Assembly: GCF_006345805.1 (NCBI RefSeq) | Contig: NW_021835996.1 | Span: 372,001-436,000, forward strand | Length of the DNA: 64,000 nt | Origin: Octopus sinensis | Lineage: Eukaryota | Direction of reading: 5' to 3' | Shown: in pieces, positions 26,237 to 41,114 of the stretch | Numbering within the stretch: position 1 is the first letter of the stretch | Layout of the letters: every line of letters begins with the position of its first letter | Position numbers and translations under genes: made by a program | Notes under the pieces: model-generated | The model's input: only the letters and a program-made list of their open reading frames with translations | What the model was told of the DNA's origin: nothing | Database searches by the model: none

Positions 26237-28518
26237 ATGTTAATCATCACGTTACTATTTTTTCAATCCTTTTCTGAAGAATGTTTGGCGTTCAAAAACC
26301 CGAACTGTGGCTTCTCTTTAATCGGAAATTATTTTGGAATCAGGATTAAGGATTTTGTAAATTATCAATCAAGCTCTGATCATGAAAATACCTTTAAAGA
26401 GTTATTAATAAGCATTCAAAATTACATAAATCAAAAAATCAGCATAAACCTAACTATAAACGTTGTTTATACCTGTAAAAATTCATTTGTACGAGCCGAA
26501 ATTTTAAATTACTTTAACAGTCAGAAAAATAGATCATTTAATATAGCAGATCAAAATTTATTTAGCAAGTCAAACTGTGGAAAAAATGCAGATATATTTG
26601 CTATCGAACGAGTTGAAAACACAGTGGCAATAAAAAGCCTATTTATAGAAGTATTTCAAAATTCTACAAATTTTTTCAAACAAATCTCAATGAAACTTTC
26701 TTTGTCGTTGACTTCTGATGAGCTAGTTTCATCTATAGCTGAACTATTTCGCAGAACCGATCCGAATATAGTGAGATTTATTGTTGAAAATGAATTTGAT
26801 TTTCAAGTAGACATTATTAAACAAAAATTGAAAAGCCAAAAAATATGTATACTGGAAAAATACAATATTAACAAGCAAAAGCATTATAATATTCTTATTA
26901 TCGGCACAACAGACTTTATTAACAAAAATTTTGAAACATATAAAAACAGAACAAACTTTGTCGTGGCCCTAGCAAACGAGTCTGTTGTTATTTCCAAGTT
27001 CCACTTATTGACAAAAAATCAATTCATATTTGGATATTTTTTCCCTGAGTCTAACTATAATCTTCTTAAAACTTCAATTGAAAATTTCCGGAAAGTAATT
27101 AGTGAGGATGATTTTAGCACTGACCTGTTAAATAAAGTAATCTCCGCATTACTTATAACCTCTGACATTATTTCAAGATGTAAAGAAGGAAATAACTTAA
27201 CAAATTTTTGTAAATCAAAAAATATTATTCATGAAATCCTAAAAGGAACTAACTTAACAAATCCGCCTATAAACTTTACAAATTCATTCACAATGTCGGG
27301 AAAACCAATAATTTTTATTCCCGTTATTAGCGGTGAAAAAGAGTTCACTATAGAGGCTCATGGTCTAGATGATGACCAATGGCACAACTACGTTCATCAT
27401 GATAACATATTCCACGGGAAAATTGACAAGAACTGTAAATTCGGCTATACTACGTTCAGAAATGATGTCGGTTGTCATTACGAATGCCACAAATGTGATA
27501 CATTAGAATTTGTTAACGAATCGGAAAAATCATGCCAAAAATGTTCTGAAGATTCTATTCCTTTGCATCCCTTTTTGAATTCGTATTTTAAAGAGTAACT
27601 TTTAGATGTGTTACAATAGACTACACAAGAAATCTTCTTATAGAAAATCAGAAAAAAAACATATATTACATAATTATTGCTGATTTCTGCATATTTCTGT
27701 TATCGCTGATATTGTTTGCTTACAAAATCAACTCTAAAATAATTACTTATACAGACATTAGTCTCCACATATATATCATACTGTCAAAATTTGTTGCATT
27801 TTTCACCACGTTAGTAATAGCCAATTATTTGACACCTGAGCTATGCGAGGTATTTTAAGTATATTTGTATTTTAGTTATACTACATTCTGCCTTTCATGT
27901 CGGTGACGCTAATATTTGTACCTCTCATAATCAGATTGACTAAAATATACCGCAACAAATTATACGTGGACCTTAATGACGGGAAGAAAAAAGAACAAAT
28001 TTTCAACAAGGATTCTATTAATACTTTTATCATTACTTCTTTGGCCGTGTTCATACAGGTCAGTTCATATTTATGACTAACAGGTGGTTGTCGACTATTT
28101 AATTGTGGCTGGAGATATTCCAGATTTTTATATTTCAATAGACGAGAATAAAATAAAGAGAAAATATACCTTGTGTCTGAGAAGCAAAATCCGTTCAAAT
28201 ATGTTGTTAGTAGTGACGTTCTTTCCAATAATACCGATAATAGTAATAACGTACCTAAAACGAAAAAATAACCGAAACTACAACGAAACCAAGATATTGT
28301 TGGCTGCAGAACTAACAATGGTCTTAATTTGGATAATGTACTTGCCGAGTATTGGTCGATCCGATCCAATATACGGCGTTTTCATTGACCATCTAATTGT
28401 GACGCTGCATAACACTTCAGGCTATGCAATCATTGTGGGTACAAAGTTATATGCAGCTTTTTTTGTGAAGGTGGATGAACTCAATTTGAATAAATATTTC
28501 CTTTTCAGTTTAACCTAA
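26237..28518 (+). CDS. Divergent class C GPCR (mGluR/CaSR-type architecture)
   Basis: Signal peptide, long ectodomain, Cys-rich CHYECHKC...CQKC module, then 7 hydrophobic segments with RLTKIYR (TM3), RKNNRNYNETK (TM5-6 loop) and TKLYAAFF (TM7); three short introns. Confidence 0.88.
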
Positions 28519-28639
28519 TACTAACACCTATTAATGATATTAACATTAAATTTATATAGATAGGAATAAAGATTATTTAAAACTTTTGTATCATACTGAA
28601 GTTTATTTTTTTTATATTCTTTAGGTTCGCAATAATTAA

Positions 28640-30110
28640 AAAATGCCTCGCGAAAGCCCACTGACACTCAGTGTCGATGTGGGTGGATGTGAAGAAGGCA
28701 TATGACTCGGTTGATCATGCCTACCTCGTTGAGTGTCTGCGAAGGCTCAAGTTGCCTTCGTGGTTTATCAAATTTGTTGCAACTGTGATGGACAGGTGGA
28801 ACGTGCATTTACACTATAACAAATGCGATATGGGCAAGGTCAAGCTAGAGAGGGGCATATTACAGATCGACGGTATGTCTCCGCTGCTGTTTGTCCTCTG
28901 CCTAGAACCGCTGAGTAGAGTCCAATTCGAATAAATGTCGATCGAACATGAAGGAGGGTGTTTTAGCACCAACCATCTCATCTTCATAGACGACATTAAA
29001 CTGTTCGCTCGGTCTTGAGAGATTCTCCACTCGATGGGCAAAGTCTTGGAAGGTTTCATGAAGGCCGTGGGTCTGGAGCTCAACTACAACAAGTCGGCCA
29101 CTAACTTAGTCAAAGTCTCGGAGGAGAACCAAGGGTATAAGTATCTTTGCGTGGTTGAGACCCCAGCCTCATTAATCACACCCGAAACGAGAAAGTATGT
29201 ACTGGAGGATGTGCGTAGTAGGGCAGCAATGTTATGTAAAACTCGCCTCAATGCACGGAACTTATTTCATGTCTTGAACGAGTACGCCATCTCATTGCTA
29301 AACTACTATGTTGGCCTGATCGAATTCGAGCCGAGTGAGTACGACGAAATGGACCTTATTGTCCGAAGAGTACTCCGAGAGAATCACGTCCATGTTTTGG
29401 CAAGCAATAAGGAGAGATTATACTTGACTCGCGGGCAGCTAGGACGTGGACTGAATGCATCGTACACTTAAGTGAGCGAATTCTTACTAAGATGCACGAC
29501 ACCTTGTGGAGTGGGTTAGTGTATCCCAAAGGAAGGCTGCAATCTTTGCTGCTGAAAAAGCGCGTGGTACACACATAGGGACTATAAAAGGCTAAGTGTC
29601 GGCTAAGTATGGTCTGAGTATTACTCAAGTTAATGTGAAGGAGCTGATCAAACTTCAGAGATCAACTTAAAAGTCCTTAACAAGACTCTCTTTAGCAGCC
29701 TGGACAACCCGCACATTGACGCATCGTCATCAACGTGGCTGAAATATAGGAATAACTCTCCCTGATCAGAAGGGTTGTTCTCATATTTGCAGAATAGAAA
29801 CTTTTTTAATGGTCAACGGAAAGAGTGTAACCACTGTAAAAGTAAGGCGGTGACCGTTGACATTTAGCCACGAAATGTGGGAGTATGCTTTACCATTATT
29901 ACACATGGAGGCATAAAGAGGTGGTGAGGTCCCTGCTCTACAATAAGTATGGCTTGAGGGGGGCCAGAAAGTTGCGAACCCATCGAGTTCAATTGGTGTG
30001 TGAGAACTCGAAGGTGTGCATTAAGGTGGATACCCCATACGCAAAAAAACTCGTCACTCTGATTTCTACCACAGCAAAACAAATTTTTTTGCTAAGGCGG
30101 TAGCTATATT
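28640..30110 (+). mobile_element. Decayed RLE-type (R2/NeSL-like) non-LTR retrotransposon
   Basis: VDVKKAYDSVDH, RGILQ..MSPLLFVLCLEPLSR, NHLIFIDDIKLF, CNHC..HLATKC knuckle, RHKEVVR; truncated before the endonuclease. Confidence 0.85.
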
Positions 30111-30273
30111 TTATGAACGACGAGTGTTAGCACGTGAGTTTCGATTCATGATTTTTGTAGTCGTCTAAAAACAATCTACCTCTGCTCAAAATTGAATTTT
30201 ATTTTGTTATTTTATTAAGAATTAAAGTTTTACATCAATTTATTTATTAACAATACTTTTTACCAATTCAAAA

Positions 30274-31227
30274 ATGTCGTCGTGTAACAATAATACGAGT
30301 GAGCCTAATTTTGGACAGGCTGTTATTGGAGCTCCAGGATCTGGAAAATCAACATACTGTTCAGCCATGTCAGACTTCCTGAGGACAATAAAACGCTTAG
30401 TTGCAGTTGTAAATCTCGACCCGGCGAATGACTATACAAATTTTGAGCCCCAAATAGATATCCGAGAACTTATAACGATTGAAGATGCAATGGAATTTAA
30501 AATACTTGGCCCAAATGGAGCCCTTCTCTATTGTATCGAATATTTGGAGCAAAACATTGATTGGCTCTGTGAAAAATTAAACAATTTTATTACTCAAGGA
30601 TATAAATACTATATATTCGATTTTCCAGGACAAATCGAGCTTTTCACTCACCACAGATCAGTTTATTCAATTTTAAATCATTTGGAGAAGAGTTTAAACT
30701 TTCGTTTAACGGCGGTCAACCTTGTCGACTCTTTTTATTGTTCTGATAGTTCAAAATATATCGCGGCTCTTTTAACGTCATTGTCAACAATGCTTAAAGT
30801 AGAGAACTTATTTGACCAAGTTTAGATTGCTCTTCCACACGTGAATCTCCTTTCTAAGATCGATTTGGCAGAACAATATGGAAAACTTCACTTTGGGTTA
30901 GACTTCTACACGGATGTACAGAATCTTGAATATCTCACATCAATTAATGAACATGGAAGAAAATATACAAAATTGACTCGCGAGATTTCAGAAGTTGTGG
31001 AAGACTATTCTCTCGTATCGTTTCTTCCCTTAACCGTACATGATCAGAATACCATGCTGAGAGTACTTAAGGTGGTGGATAGGGCAAATGGATGCACATA
31101 TGAAAGCATGGAAGCTCATGACTATCGCAGTCTTATTGCACATAGTACTGGCGAACAAATTGATGCACATGACTTTATTGGTGTGATTACTGAAAAGTAT
31201 CTAGACCACGAAAGTGGTGAGAACTAA
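30274..31227 (+). CDS. GPN2: GPN-loop GTPase 2
   Basis: GAPGSGKSTYC, VVNLDPAND, LGPNG, FDFPGQIELFTHH; one 27-nt intron gives MLK|IALPHVNLLSKID. Confidence 0.92.
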
Positions 31228-33270
31228 GCTTATTTTAGTTTTTTTAAATATTTTTGAGTCTCAAAATATTTTTTTTTAGCTAGTAATTTGAACATATGAT
31301 TTTAATTTTATTTTCGGAACTCGGAGTTTAGAATGTCACGATGACCTAATCTGGATAATCTGCCGGTCTGTAAAAATAGAAGGCTTCCATTAACAGTTGC
31401 AGTCTGTTGGCATCTTCAGTGATTGGGTACCAGGAGCATCTTCTAAACTTACTGAGAAGGATAAAATTAAGAAGGACGATGGTGTCCGTGATATAAAAAT
31501 TTGTTCCATGTTGAATTTAACCCGTTTGGAGTTCAGGGACATGCTGTACGGTTTTTCATTACTTGATGTAATAAAGTCACTAAAAATCTCCTGGTACGAT
31601 ACTGTGAACTATTAATCAGAAAATAGAATTATTAGCGACAATCCTCCGTCATGCTACAAATTGGATTATAACAATAGTGTTAAATTTATACGTGGTCTGC
31701 CTCGAAAGGAGCTGTTGCTTGAAAATACAATTTCATAATACCATTAGTAGAAGCAGCCGGATCCATGGCGATGTGCGCTTCCCCTGAAAAAGAAAATAAC
31801 AACGATATTAATAATAACATACATAGAGCAGGGTAGACAACCGCATCGGAGAGGCAGACATCCGGTAATAGAATTTGTTCTTGTTATCACAGAAGAGACT
31901 GCATGTACGACCAGGAAGACTGGGTTAAATCCGCTCTCCCAGAAGTGTTGGGGAAAGCTCCCAGGATGCCCAGGAATAGGCAACTTGCCTTTTTGATGTG
32001 GTTCAATCGACTCTTTAGCATGAAATTGTCTGTAAATACAATGAAGAAGCTGGCTAAGACTCCTCCTCCTGGCTCGCAAAAGAGAAATTGTTCAGCGGTT
32101 ACTCCGTGAGAATGCCCTCTGTGATCTGAACAACATGAGGAGCAGGGTAATGAGTTATCGCTACTTTTGCAGCCTTATAAGATTTTAGTAGGCATATCTT
32201 TGCTAATCGTGTCTTCCCCTTTGCAGGTCGCAGAATTACTTTTAAAGATACCTCGGTAGCAATTCAGGAGCGACGTTATGAGTTGCATCAATCGTGCCAT
32301 ATCTTATGCGATCATGAGTAAGCCTATAGAGACAATGGAAAAGATTTCTCTATATTTGTATTCAGCACAGACAAACTATAGAGAAGCCTAGGCCAAAGAG
32401 TATGTGGAAAAAAAACTTAGCTGCAAAGACACCCGCGAGAAAGAGCGAGCTGGATGCTCAAGCTAGGAACATTAATGATGTGAGCAATGGAGCCAAAGGA
32501 AGACTCTCCCTTAGTGAGTGCTGTACATGTCGAAGACGAGTTGCTAAATAAGACCTTAGTGAGTTGAGGTGTGTCCGGACAGAGAGAGAAGCTCTCAACC
32601 CACGAATCTCGATGTCAGCGCAGGGGAGAGAACAACCTGTGTGAGTTTAATCGCAGCATGTTCATTGGGAGCTGCACGGAAAGATGAAGAAGAGTACCCA
32701 GCATTAGGCCGAAATGCTTGAAATACACCTTCGAAAGTCTGCGTCGTTTCTGTTTTGCTGATCAGATGTTCCCTTAATGACGAATCTTCTGATGTCTTTG
32801 ATGACGAACTAACCCTCGTCTCTGACTGGAAGATCTGGGTGCATAACTTCTTTATGAAAAAACTGCAAAATACTACATGATTGCATGTATCGAACAGTTT
32901 ACATTTGACCCAAATTGAATTCAGAGTAGTTATGCACTAAGATCACTTATGTGATTTCTAAAGTAGGTAACCTGGGATCGCTTTGAATCAGCTCAGACTT
33001 CTATTTCAGCGTTTGGAGGTCAAACTTGCTTCATTCTTGCCCAGCATGGTCCCAAGTAGACCTATTAACTTTCTTCTGCATACAGCATGGAATACTCAGA
33101 GATACCCACAAATCAGGGTATTAACTTCAAAGACGACCATGAGATGTGGAATGTATTACATATTTGATATTATATTTTGGTAGATGACTGTTTATTATCG
33201 TTTATTAATTAAAAAATCAAGATTAAAAATAAATTATTATTTAAATTAAATAGTTTTATACTAGTTTAAC

Positions 33271-36200
33271 ATGGCGGATGAGGCTGCTCGTAAGCAACAA
33301 TATGAATATAAAAATGTAAGAATAATTTACCATTATTCACACTAAAAATCATTACAACTTGATTAATACTAAATAGAATTCCAATCTTGTTTTGCAACCA
33401 GATACCCATTTAATTGACCGACGCCCGAGAGACGAGCCAACTGGAGAGGTTCAATCTCTTTCAGGGAGGATTTCTAACATAAAAATGGGTGATAAGGCTG
33501 TCCGCGAAGCACCATTCTCTTCTCTCAACAAGCCACAGTTACTAAAATGCGAATTATTTTCCAGAAAGAGAATGGCAGACATAGAAAATGACTCGTTTCA
33601 TTCCAAAAAGCCAGTTATTATTGACGACTTTGAAGATGAGCCTTCAAGAATTTTATATAAGCCACAATCGAAGGAAACGGAGAGGACATACAAACTACTG
33701 CTCACTTGTATCCAAAGTTGTCTTGAAGATCAGGTTGAATATTTAATATTTACAGGGATAGCCACGGGAAGTTATATATGGCGCTGCAGATGAAATTCTT
33801 TCTGTTCTAAAGAATGTTAAGACTAAGGACAAAGAAAAAAAGAAGGAGATTGAATTGTTGCTGGGTCCAATGACAGAGGAGAAGTTTTCAATTTTTATAA
33901 ATTTATCCAAAAAAATTGTGGATTGGGTTAACGAAGATAAAGAAGAAAGTGGTAAGATTTATTTATTAATTTGAACACTTTTTGTTTTAATTTCTGTAGA
34001 CGCGAATATTGATGAGACAATTGCAATCAACGTACAGTTTCACGAGGGGGAAGAAATGGTTTATTATTGATATTATTTAAATTAAAATCTAAAGATTTTA
34101 TTTTTAGGAAGAGCCAGAAATTTTAAACGTGATTAAAGAAGATGAAGAGAATGACGATGATGATCAAAACGGGGAAACGGATATTCTGAGAACTGTAGTC
34201 CATATTTGTTGATTGTAGAGCGAACCTAAAAGTGCGATATCAATTAAAGAAAATTCACTTCATTCAAGGGAAATTGACGCATATTGGCTCCAACGGAAGC
34301 TAAGCAAATATTTCACGGATCCGAATATGGCCCAATCAAAGGCAAACGAGATTCTTGACATTCTCAAAGTATTTTCTAATAATTTAAACAACTTAGAACT
34401 CTTCTGACGACGATATTGAGGGGAAACTAATTCTTCTCCTTGGTCATAAGCAGTTCGCCCTAATCACTCAACTCAAACAAAACCGTCAAATGAGTTTTAA
34501 AAAATGTGAAATTTTCAGTACTCTATTGTACAATGCTTTCCTCTGCTCAGTCAGATGATGAGAGGAACGAAATACGAGAAACTATGTCACGTGATCCATA
34601 TCTGGCCGGAATTCTCCATGATTTAGTTTCAACGGAAACTGAAGATATGGTGATTGAAGAACAGGAGCGAAGGAAGAAGGCTCGCGAATCTAGGATTGAT
34701 GCGGAACTTTATTCCGAAGTTATCGATGCCTCATTTGTAATTTTATAAATTTATAATCAGAATGCTGCTCAATTAGTTAATTTGGATTTCACTGCTCTCA
34801 CATCAGCTCAGCTTGCTACCAAAAAACGTTGTAAGCTTCCAGAGGGCTCTTTCAAAAAGGCGGGAAATGGTTCCAATAATTGCCAATTTTACGCTAAATA
34901 GGTTTTGAAGAAGTTCAAGTTCCTGCCTTTCAACCCAATGCAGAAGATGATCAGGTTTATATTCAAGTTTTGACACTACTAGCTCATATCAATAACTAGA
35001 CTCCCAAAATATGCTCAGCCAGCTTTTGGAAACGTACAACACCTGAATCGAATTCAAAGCAAATTATTTCATGTTGCACTCGAATCAGAAGAAAATATTT
35101 TGTTGTGTGCTCCCACTGTATGCCTATATTTCATTACTTTGTCAGGGTGCCGGTAAAACAAATGTTGCCTTGATGACAATACTTCATGAAATTGGGAAAC
35201 ATGTGAACCAAGATACAACTATCAATGTCGACGAGTTTAAAATTGTGTATATTGCACCAATGAAATCACTTGTTCAAGAAATGGTGGGGAATTTCTCTGC
35301 GGTTTTCTCTAAGTATACGAGTAAATAGAGACTCAAACCTTACGCAATTAAAGTCGACGAACTCACCGGCGATCACCAGCTAAACAAAGAACAAATTCAC
35401 TCAACTCAGGTGATAGTCTGCACTCCAGAAAAATGGGACGTCATTACTCGAAAAAGCGGCGAAAGAACATTTGTTCATCTCGTCCGTCTTGTTATTATCG
35501 ATGAAATACATTTATTGCACGATGAGAGGGGCCCTGTACTCGAATCTGTGATTGCTAGGTTGTTCTATTTTTATCACTACGACAGGACTGTCCGTTCCAT
35601 CGAAAAGTCTGGAGAAAATGTTCGTTTGGTTGGACTCAGTGCTACTCTTCCAAACTATGAGGACGTGGCAACACTTCTTCGTGTCAAAGACACTGGACTG
35701 TTTTATTTCGACAATAGTTTTCGTCCCGTACCACTGCAACAAGTGTATATCGGGATAAACGAGAAGGCTGCCCGACGTTATCAGTTAATGAATGAAATTG
35801 TATACAACAAAGTTGTCGAACATGCCGTTTCTAACCAGGTTAGACTTTCACTTTTACAATAGGTGTTAATTTTTGTTCATTCTCGTAAAGAAACTGCTAA
35901 AACAGCTCGTTGTATTAAGGATATGTGTCTTGCTAATGACACTCTCGGAATGTTTTTAAAGGAAAGTAACAAGTCAATCGAAATTTTGAGAAGTGAGGCA
36001 GAACATGTCAAGAATCTTGATTTAAAAGATCTTTTGCCCTTCGGATTCGCAATTCATCATGCAGGAATGAATAAGTTACGTCTTGTTCGTATTAATTTTT
36101 AGAGTGGATAGGACTTTAGTTGAGGATTTATTCAGTGACCGACATATTCCAGTTCTTGTTTCAACTGCAACCCTTGCTTGGGGTGTCAACCTTCCCGCAC

Positions 36201-39200
36201 ACACGGTCATAATAAAAGGAACCCAAGTCTACAATCCTGAGAAGAGTCGTTGGGTGGAGTTGGGATGTCTTGATGTAATGCAAATGATGGGGCGTGCTGG
36301 TCGTCCACAGTACGACACGCGAGGAGTCGGGATTCTCATAACTAATCATACAGAAATGTCATATTATCTTTCGTTGATGAATCAGCAATTGCCTATTGAG
36401 AGTCAGTTATTACATAGTTTGGCTGATCATCTCAATGCTGAAATTGTCTTGGGAACTGTTCAAAATATTTCTGACGGTGCTGAATGGCTAAGTGAGTGAA
36501 TGCATGTCATATATTAGAATATACTTATTTGTACATCAGAATGATTAAATCTCCCACTCTCTATGGAATTAATGCTGAAGATATAGAAAAAGATCCCACC
36601 TTGGAATATAGGCGTAGAAATCTAATCCATTCTGCTGCCATTATTCTTGACAAGAGTTCGCTGATTAAATACGATCGAAAATCCGGAGTTTTTATATCAA
36701 CGAACCTTGGGCGTATTGCATGTGATTATTATTGCAAACATGAGACCCTGACAGTATTTAATCAATACTTAACTCCGACTATGAATTCTGTAGAGCTATT
36801 TAGAGTATTCTCATTATCATCTGAATTCAAACGTATTTCCGTCAGGGAGGTTTATGATGATTTCATTAATTTTTTCAGGAAGAAAAATTGGAGTTACAGA
36901 AGCTAGTTGAGAGAGTGCCGATCCCCGTAAAAAAGAGCATAGATGATCCCTCTGCCAAAGTAATGTTTGTTTGGAAATAATAGGTGAATGTGTTATTACA
37001 AGCATATGTATCTAATTTAAGACTTGATGGGTTTGTATTAATGTCCGACATGGTTTTTATCACACAAAGTGCCTCCCGTCTAGTCCGGGCTATCTTTGAA
37101 ATTGTGATGCATCGAGGATGGGCAAGAATAGCTGAACGTGCTCTGACTTTAGCGAAGATGATTGATCAGAGAATGTAATTTTATTTACTATTTTGTTATA
37201 GGTGGTCTTCTCTATGTCCGTTAAAGCAATTCAAAAAACTTCCAGTTGATATTGTTAAAAAGATTGATAAAAGAGGCTTTGAAATTCATCGACTGTATGA
37301 ACTGGGTCCAGAGGAACTGACTGAACTGATTAATGTACCACGTTCGGGGCAGGTTATAATCAAATATCTGAGACAATTCCCTAAAATGGAATTAAAAGTT
37401 CACGTGCTGCCGATCACATGCTCAACACTTCGAATTGATCTAACAATTACACCCAATTTTCGATGGGATGAAAAAGTACATGGGAATGCTCAGGTTTATT
37501 TTATAAACATTTTGTAATTAGGGGTTTTGGATATTTGTCGAAGATTCTGACAGCGAATTAATACTCCATTCTGAATTTTTCATTCTGAGGAAAAAGTTCG
37601 CCGAAATGGAACATTTCCTTAAGTTTTTTGTTTCTGTCTTTGAGCCACGACCTCCTCATTATTTTGTTAAAATAATTTCAGACAAATGGATAGGTTATTT
37701 TATTTTTAATATTGTTAGGTTCTTCTACAGTTTTGGCAGTTTCTTTCCGGCAACTAATAATGCCCACTAAGTGCCCTCCACCTACGGAACTTTTGGATTT
37801 ACAGCCGCTTTCTATTTCTGCTCTCAAAAATTCCAAATATGAGAGTTTCTTTACTCAACGTCATTTTAATCCGATTCAAACTCAGGGTAGGACCATTGCA
37901 TATTTTAGTATTTAATTCTGTATATAACACCGACACTAATATTTTCGTCGGAGCCCCTGCAGGATCTGGGGAGGATGTCATTGCCCAATTTTCATTGTTT
38001 AGATTATTTTCCCAAAATCCAGATGGTCGATGTGTTTACATATCGCCTAAATACGCAAATGCTTCTTTGGTTTGTTCATTATCCATTATAAAAAATATTT
38101 AGATTTTTGACTCTTTGGAAAAATTCAGTTCGATCCTGAATAAATCAGTAGTATTGTTAACAGGAGATACTCCTACTGATCTTAAACTTCTTCAAAAAGT
38201 TCGTCGTTCAATTCTTACATTAAAGGCCAATATAATCGTCTCAACTTCTGAACATTGGGATATTCTCTCTCGACGCTGGAAGCAGAGGAAGGTTATTCAA
38301 AACGTCGATTTATTTATCGCAGCTCATCTAGAACTTGTTGATGACGAGGATGGGGTTATAATTTGACTCTAACATTTTTCAGGCAATTTATGAAGCCGTC
38401 TGTACTCGCATGCAATACATGTCATCGCAAACACAGCGTAGTTTACGAGTGTTGGGATTATCTATTCCATTACTAAATGCGAATGATGTGGCTCATTGGT
38501 TGGGATGTGGTGTTAATTCAACTTTTAATTTCCATCCTAATATTCGTCCACTGGCACTACATATTCAAGGATTTAATATGAGTCATTACCAAACTCGATT
38601 TCTTTCCATGCTCAGACCCGCTTATCAGACTATTGTTTCTTCCGCAAAAGACAAACCTGTTGTTGTTTTTGTTGCTACTCGAAAACAAACAAGAACAACT
38701 GCTTTTCATTTAATAAATTATGCAGCAGAAACTGATTCACATAAATTCCTGCACATAGGTCCTGAAGATGATTTAAAGCCATTCATCGATAGATTGATTG
38801 ATAAGGTTATAAAATCTCACATTCTTTTAGAATTTGGCATGTGTTGTAGAAAAGGGTGTTGCTTTTCTACATGAAGGACTCTCTCAATCCGATCGTCAGA
38901 TTGTCACACAGCTATATCATTTCAAAGCTATTCAAATTGTTGTTATTGCCCGTAATTTGGCATGGGGCCTTGATTTGCCAGCTTCACTTGTTATTGTGCT
39001 TGATACACAGTCCTACAATGGAAGATATCACACGTTTGAATGAATTTTTATATTCCCTATAGCTTTGAAGATTATCCGATTGCTGATATTATACACATGA
39101 CCGGTTTTTGTTCTCAGTATTCCTCCACCGAACAGGGAGAGGGGCAGGGGAAAGTACTCATTTGTTGTCAGACCTCCAAAAAGGAATATTATAAAAAGTT

Positions 39201-40658
39201 TTTATGTGAGCAACTGCCTATCGAGGTTTTATTATTATTTTTTAATTACATATGTTGAATCGAGTTTTAATTAATAATATTCTTAGTCTCATTTTGACCA
39301 AAACTTGCATGATAATTTTAACTCTGAAATTTTTTCGAAAATAATGGAAACAAAACAAGATGTTGTCGACTATCTCACGTGGACGTTGATGTACCGCCGA
39401 ATGACTCAGAATTCCAATTACTACAACCTCCGAGGTTAATTATAGAATATATTTATAACTAGGTGTTACTCATCACCACTTGTCAGATCATTTATCATCA
39501 TTAGTAGAGACAACTCTCGAAGATTTAGAATCCGCCAAAGTATTGATAATCTGTTGACAATTAGTGTATCGGTATCGAAGATGACATGAATCTATCCTCC
39601 CTTAATTTTGGAATTATCTCCTCATATTATTACATATCTTATAATACTATAGGTAGATTTACTTCCTGGTTGATTAATAGAATTATTTAATATTTCACTG
39701 TCATCGAAGACTCGTCTCAGAGGAATATTAGAAATTGTCTCGAATGCCGGAGAATTTTCCAATGTAGTAATCAGAGAAGGTGACGAAGATATTTTAAAGC
39801 AATTGGCTGCAAGACTCCCGAATAAAATAATCGATCCAGATTTTACGGATCCACACGTAAAGACAAATTTGTTGCTGCAATCATATCTTTCCAGAGTTCA
39901 ACTGTCAGTTGAAATGCAGGCTGATATTGTTGACATAGTTATAAAGGTAAGAAATTTGTCTATATTTAAAGTCGGTGAGATTGATTCAGGCGTGCGTTGA
40001 TGTCCTTAGTAGTAATGGGTGGCTATCGCCTGCTCTTGCTGCCATGGAATTGTCACAGATGATTATTCAGGCTGTTGGAACCAAGGAGTCTAATTTGAAG
40101 CAAATTCCACATTTTACCAGTACTTTAATAGAAAAATGCGCAGCTCAAGTAATGAGTACTTTATTATCAATTTCAGTCTATCGAGGGTGTTTTTGATCTT
40201 TTAGAAATTGATTCTGACAAACGGACAGATATATTAAGTTCCCTTACTGATTTGGAACGAAACGACGTTGCAAGATTTTGTAATTCATATCCAAATGTCG
40301 ATTGTGAGTTTTCCGTTGCCAGTCAAGATATTTCTAGCGGCTCTCTTGTTAACGTTAACGTGTCTCTTACTAGAGAGGATGATGTTTCTAAGGTTATAGC
40401 TCCTTTTTTCCCAAAGGTTTTAATCTCACTGGTAATTTTCCTTAGAAAAAGGATGAAGCATGGTGGTTAGTTATTGGAGATCCTGTTTCGAATAGTCTCA
40501 TTTCTATTAAAAGAGTCAGTTTTGCCAAATCAACTGTGGTCAAACTAGATTTTATTGCGCCGGACGAAGGGGAGCATAAGTACTATCTGTATTTCATGAG
40601 TGATTCGTACATGGGCTGTGATCAGGAATATACTTTTTCCATTAAAGTTGGCCCGTGA
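33271..40658 (+). CDS. SNRNP200: U5 snRNP 200-kDa helicase Brr2, more than 25 exons
   Basis: [14 protein letters not shown]|[19 protein letters not shown]; [34 protein letters not shown]; two Sec63 units; end [14 protein letters not shown]. Confidence 0.98.
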
Positions 40659-41069
40659 TTTTTGATTTCCTTTCATTTCCCTGGAATAAATTTTTTTCAA
40701 GTTAATATATTTAAGTGGCTAAGAAACTTTAAAGATATCATTAACTTCCGTCTAGTAACAAAATTTATATATATTTCAAACAAAAAAGAAAATTTTAATC
40801 TAAATCGTTAAGTAAGTGTCAATTTAATAGATAATCTAAAATTAAATTTTTCAAAAATATAGTTTCTTAAGTTCACAAATAATTCAATCAAATATTCGGA
40901 CAAGCAAGTGATGATAAAGACGACAAGCAATACAGCAAAGGGACTTGGAGTCGACAGGAAATGCAGAGTAACAAGCTAAAAATTCATAACACATAATTGA
41001 TTCCAAATTAAATGGAACTTTCAACTAATAAATATCTAAATGTAAAATCTCAAAAATAGTTTAAATATT

Positions 41070-41082
41070 GTTTCTAAGCAAC
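41070..41082 (+). promoter_or_regulatory. X-box (RFX) motif upstream of IFT52
   Basis: GTTTCT-A-AGCAAC, 32 nt before the ATG at 41115. Confidence 0.6.
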
Positions 41083-41114
41083 ATTTTTACAGTGCTAAAA
41101 AATTAGGTCTCAAA

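Noticed and set aside
33271-40658. Frequent in-frame stops and frameshifts in conserved genes as pseudogenisation or a variant genetic code
   Set aside because: The breaks I traced resolve cleanly as 22-61 nt GT-AG or GC-AG introns, and TAA, TAG and TGA are all used as real stops.
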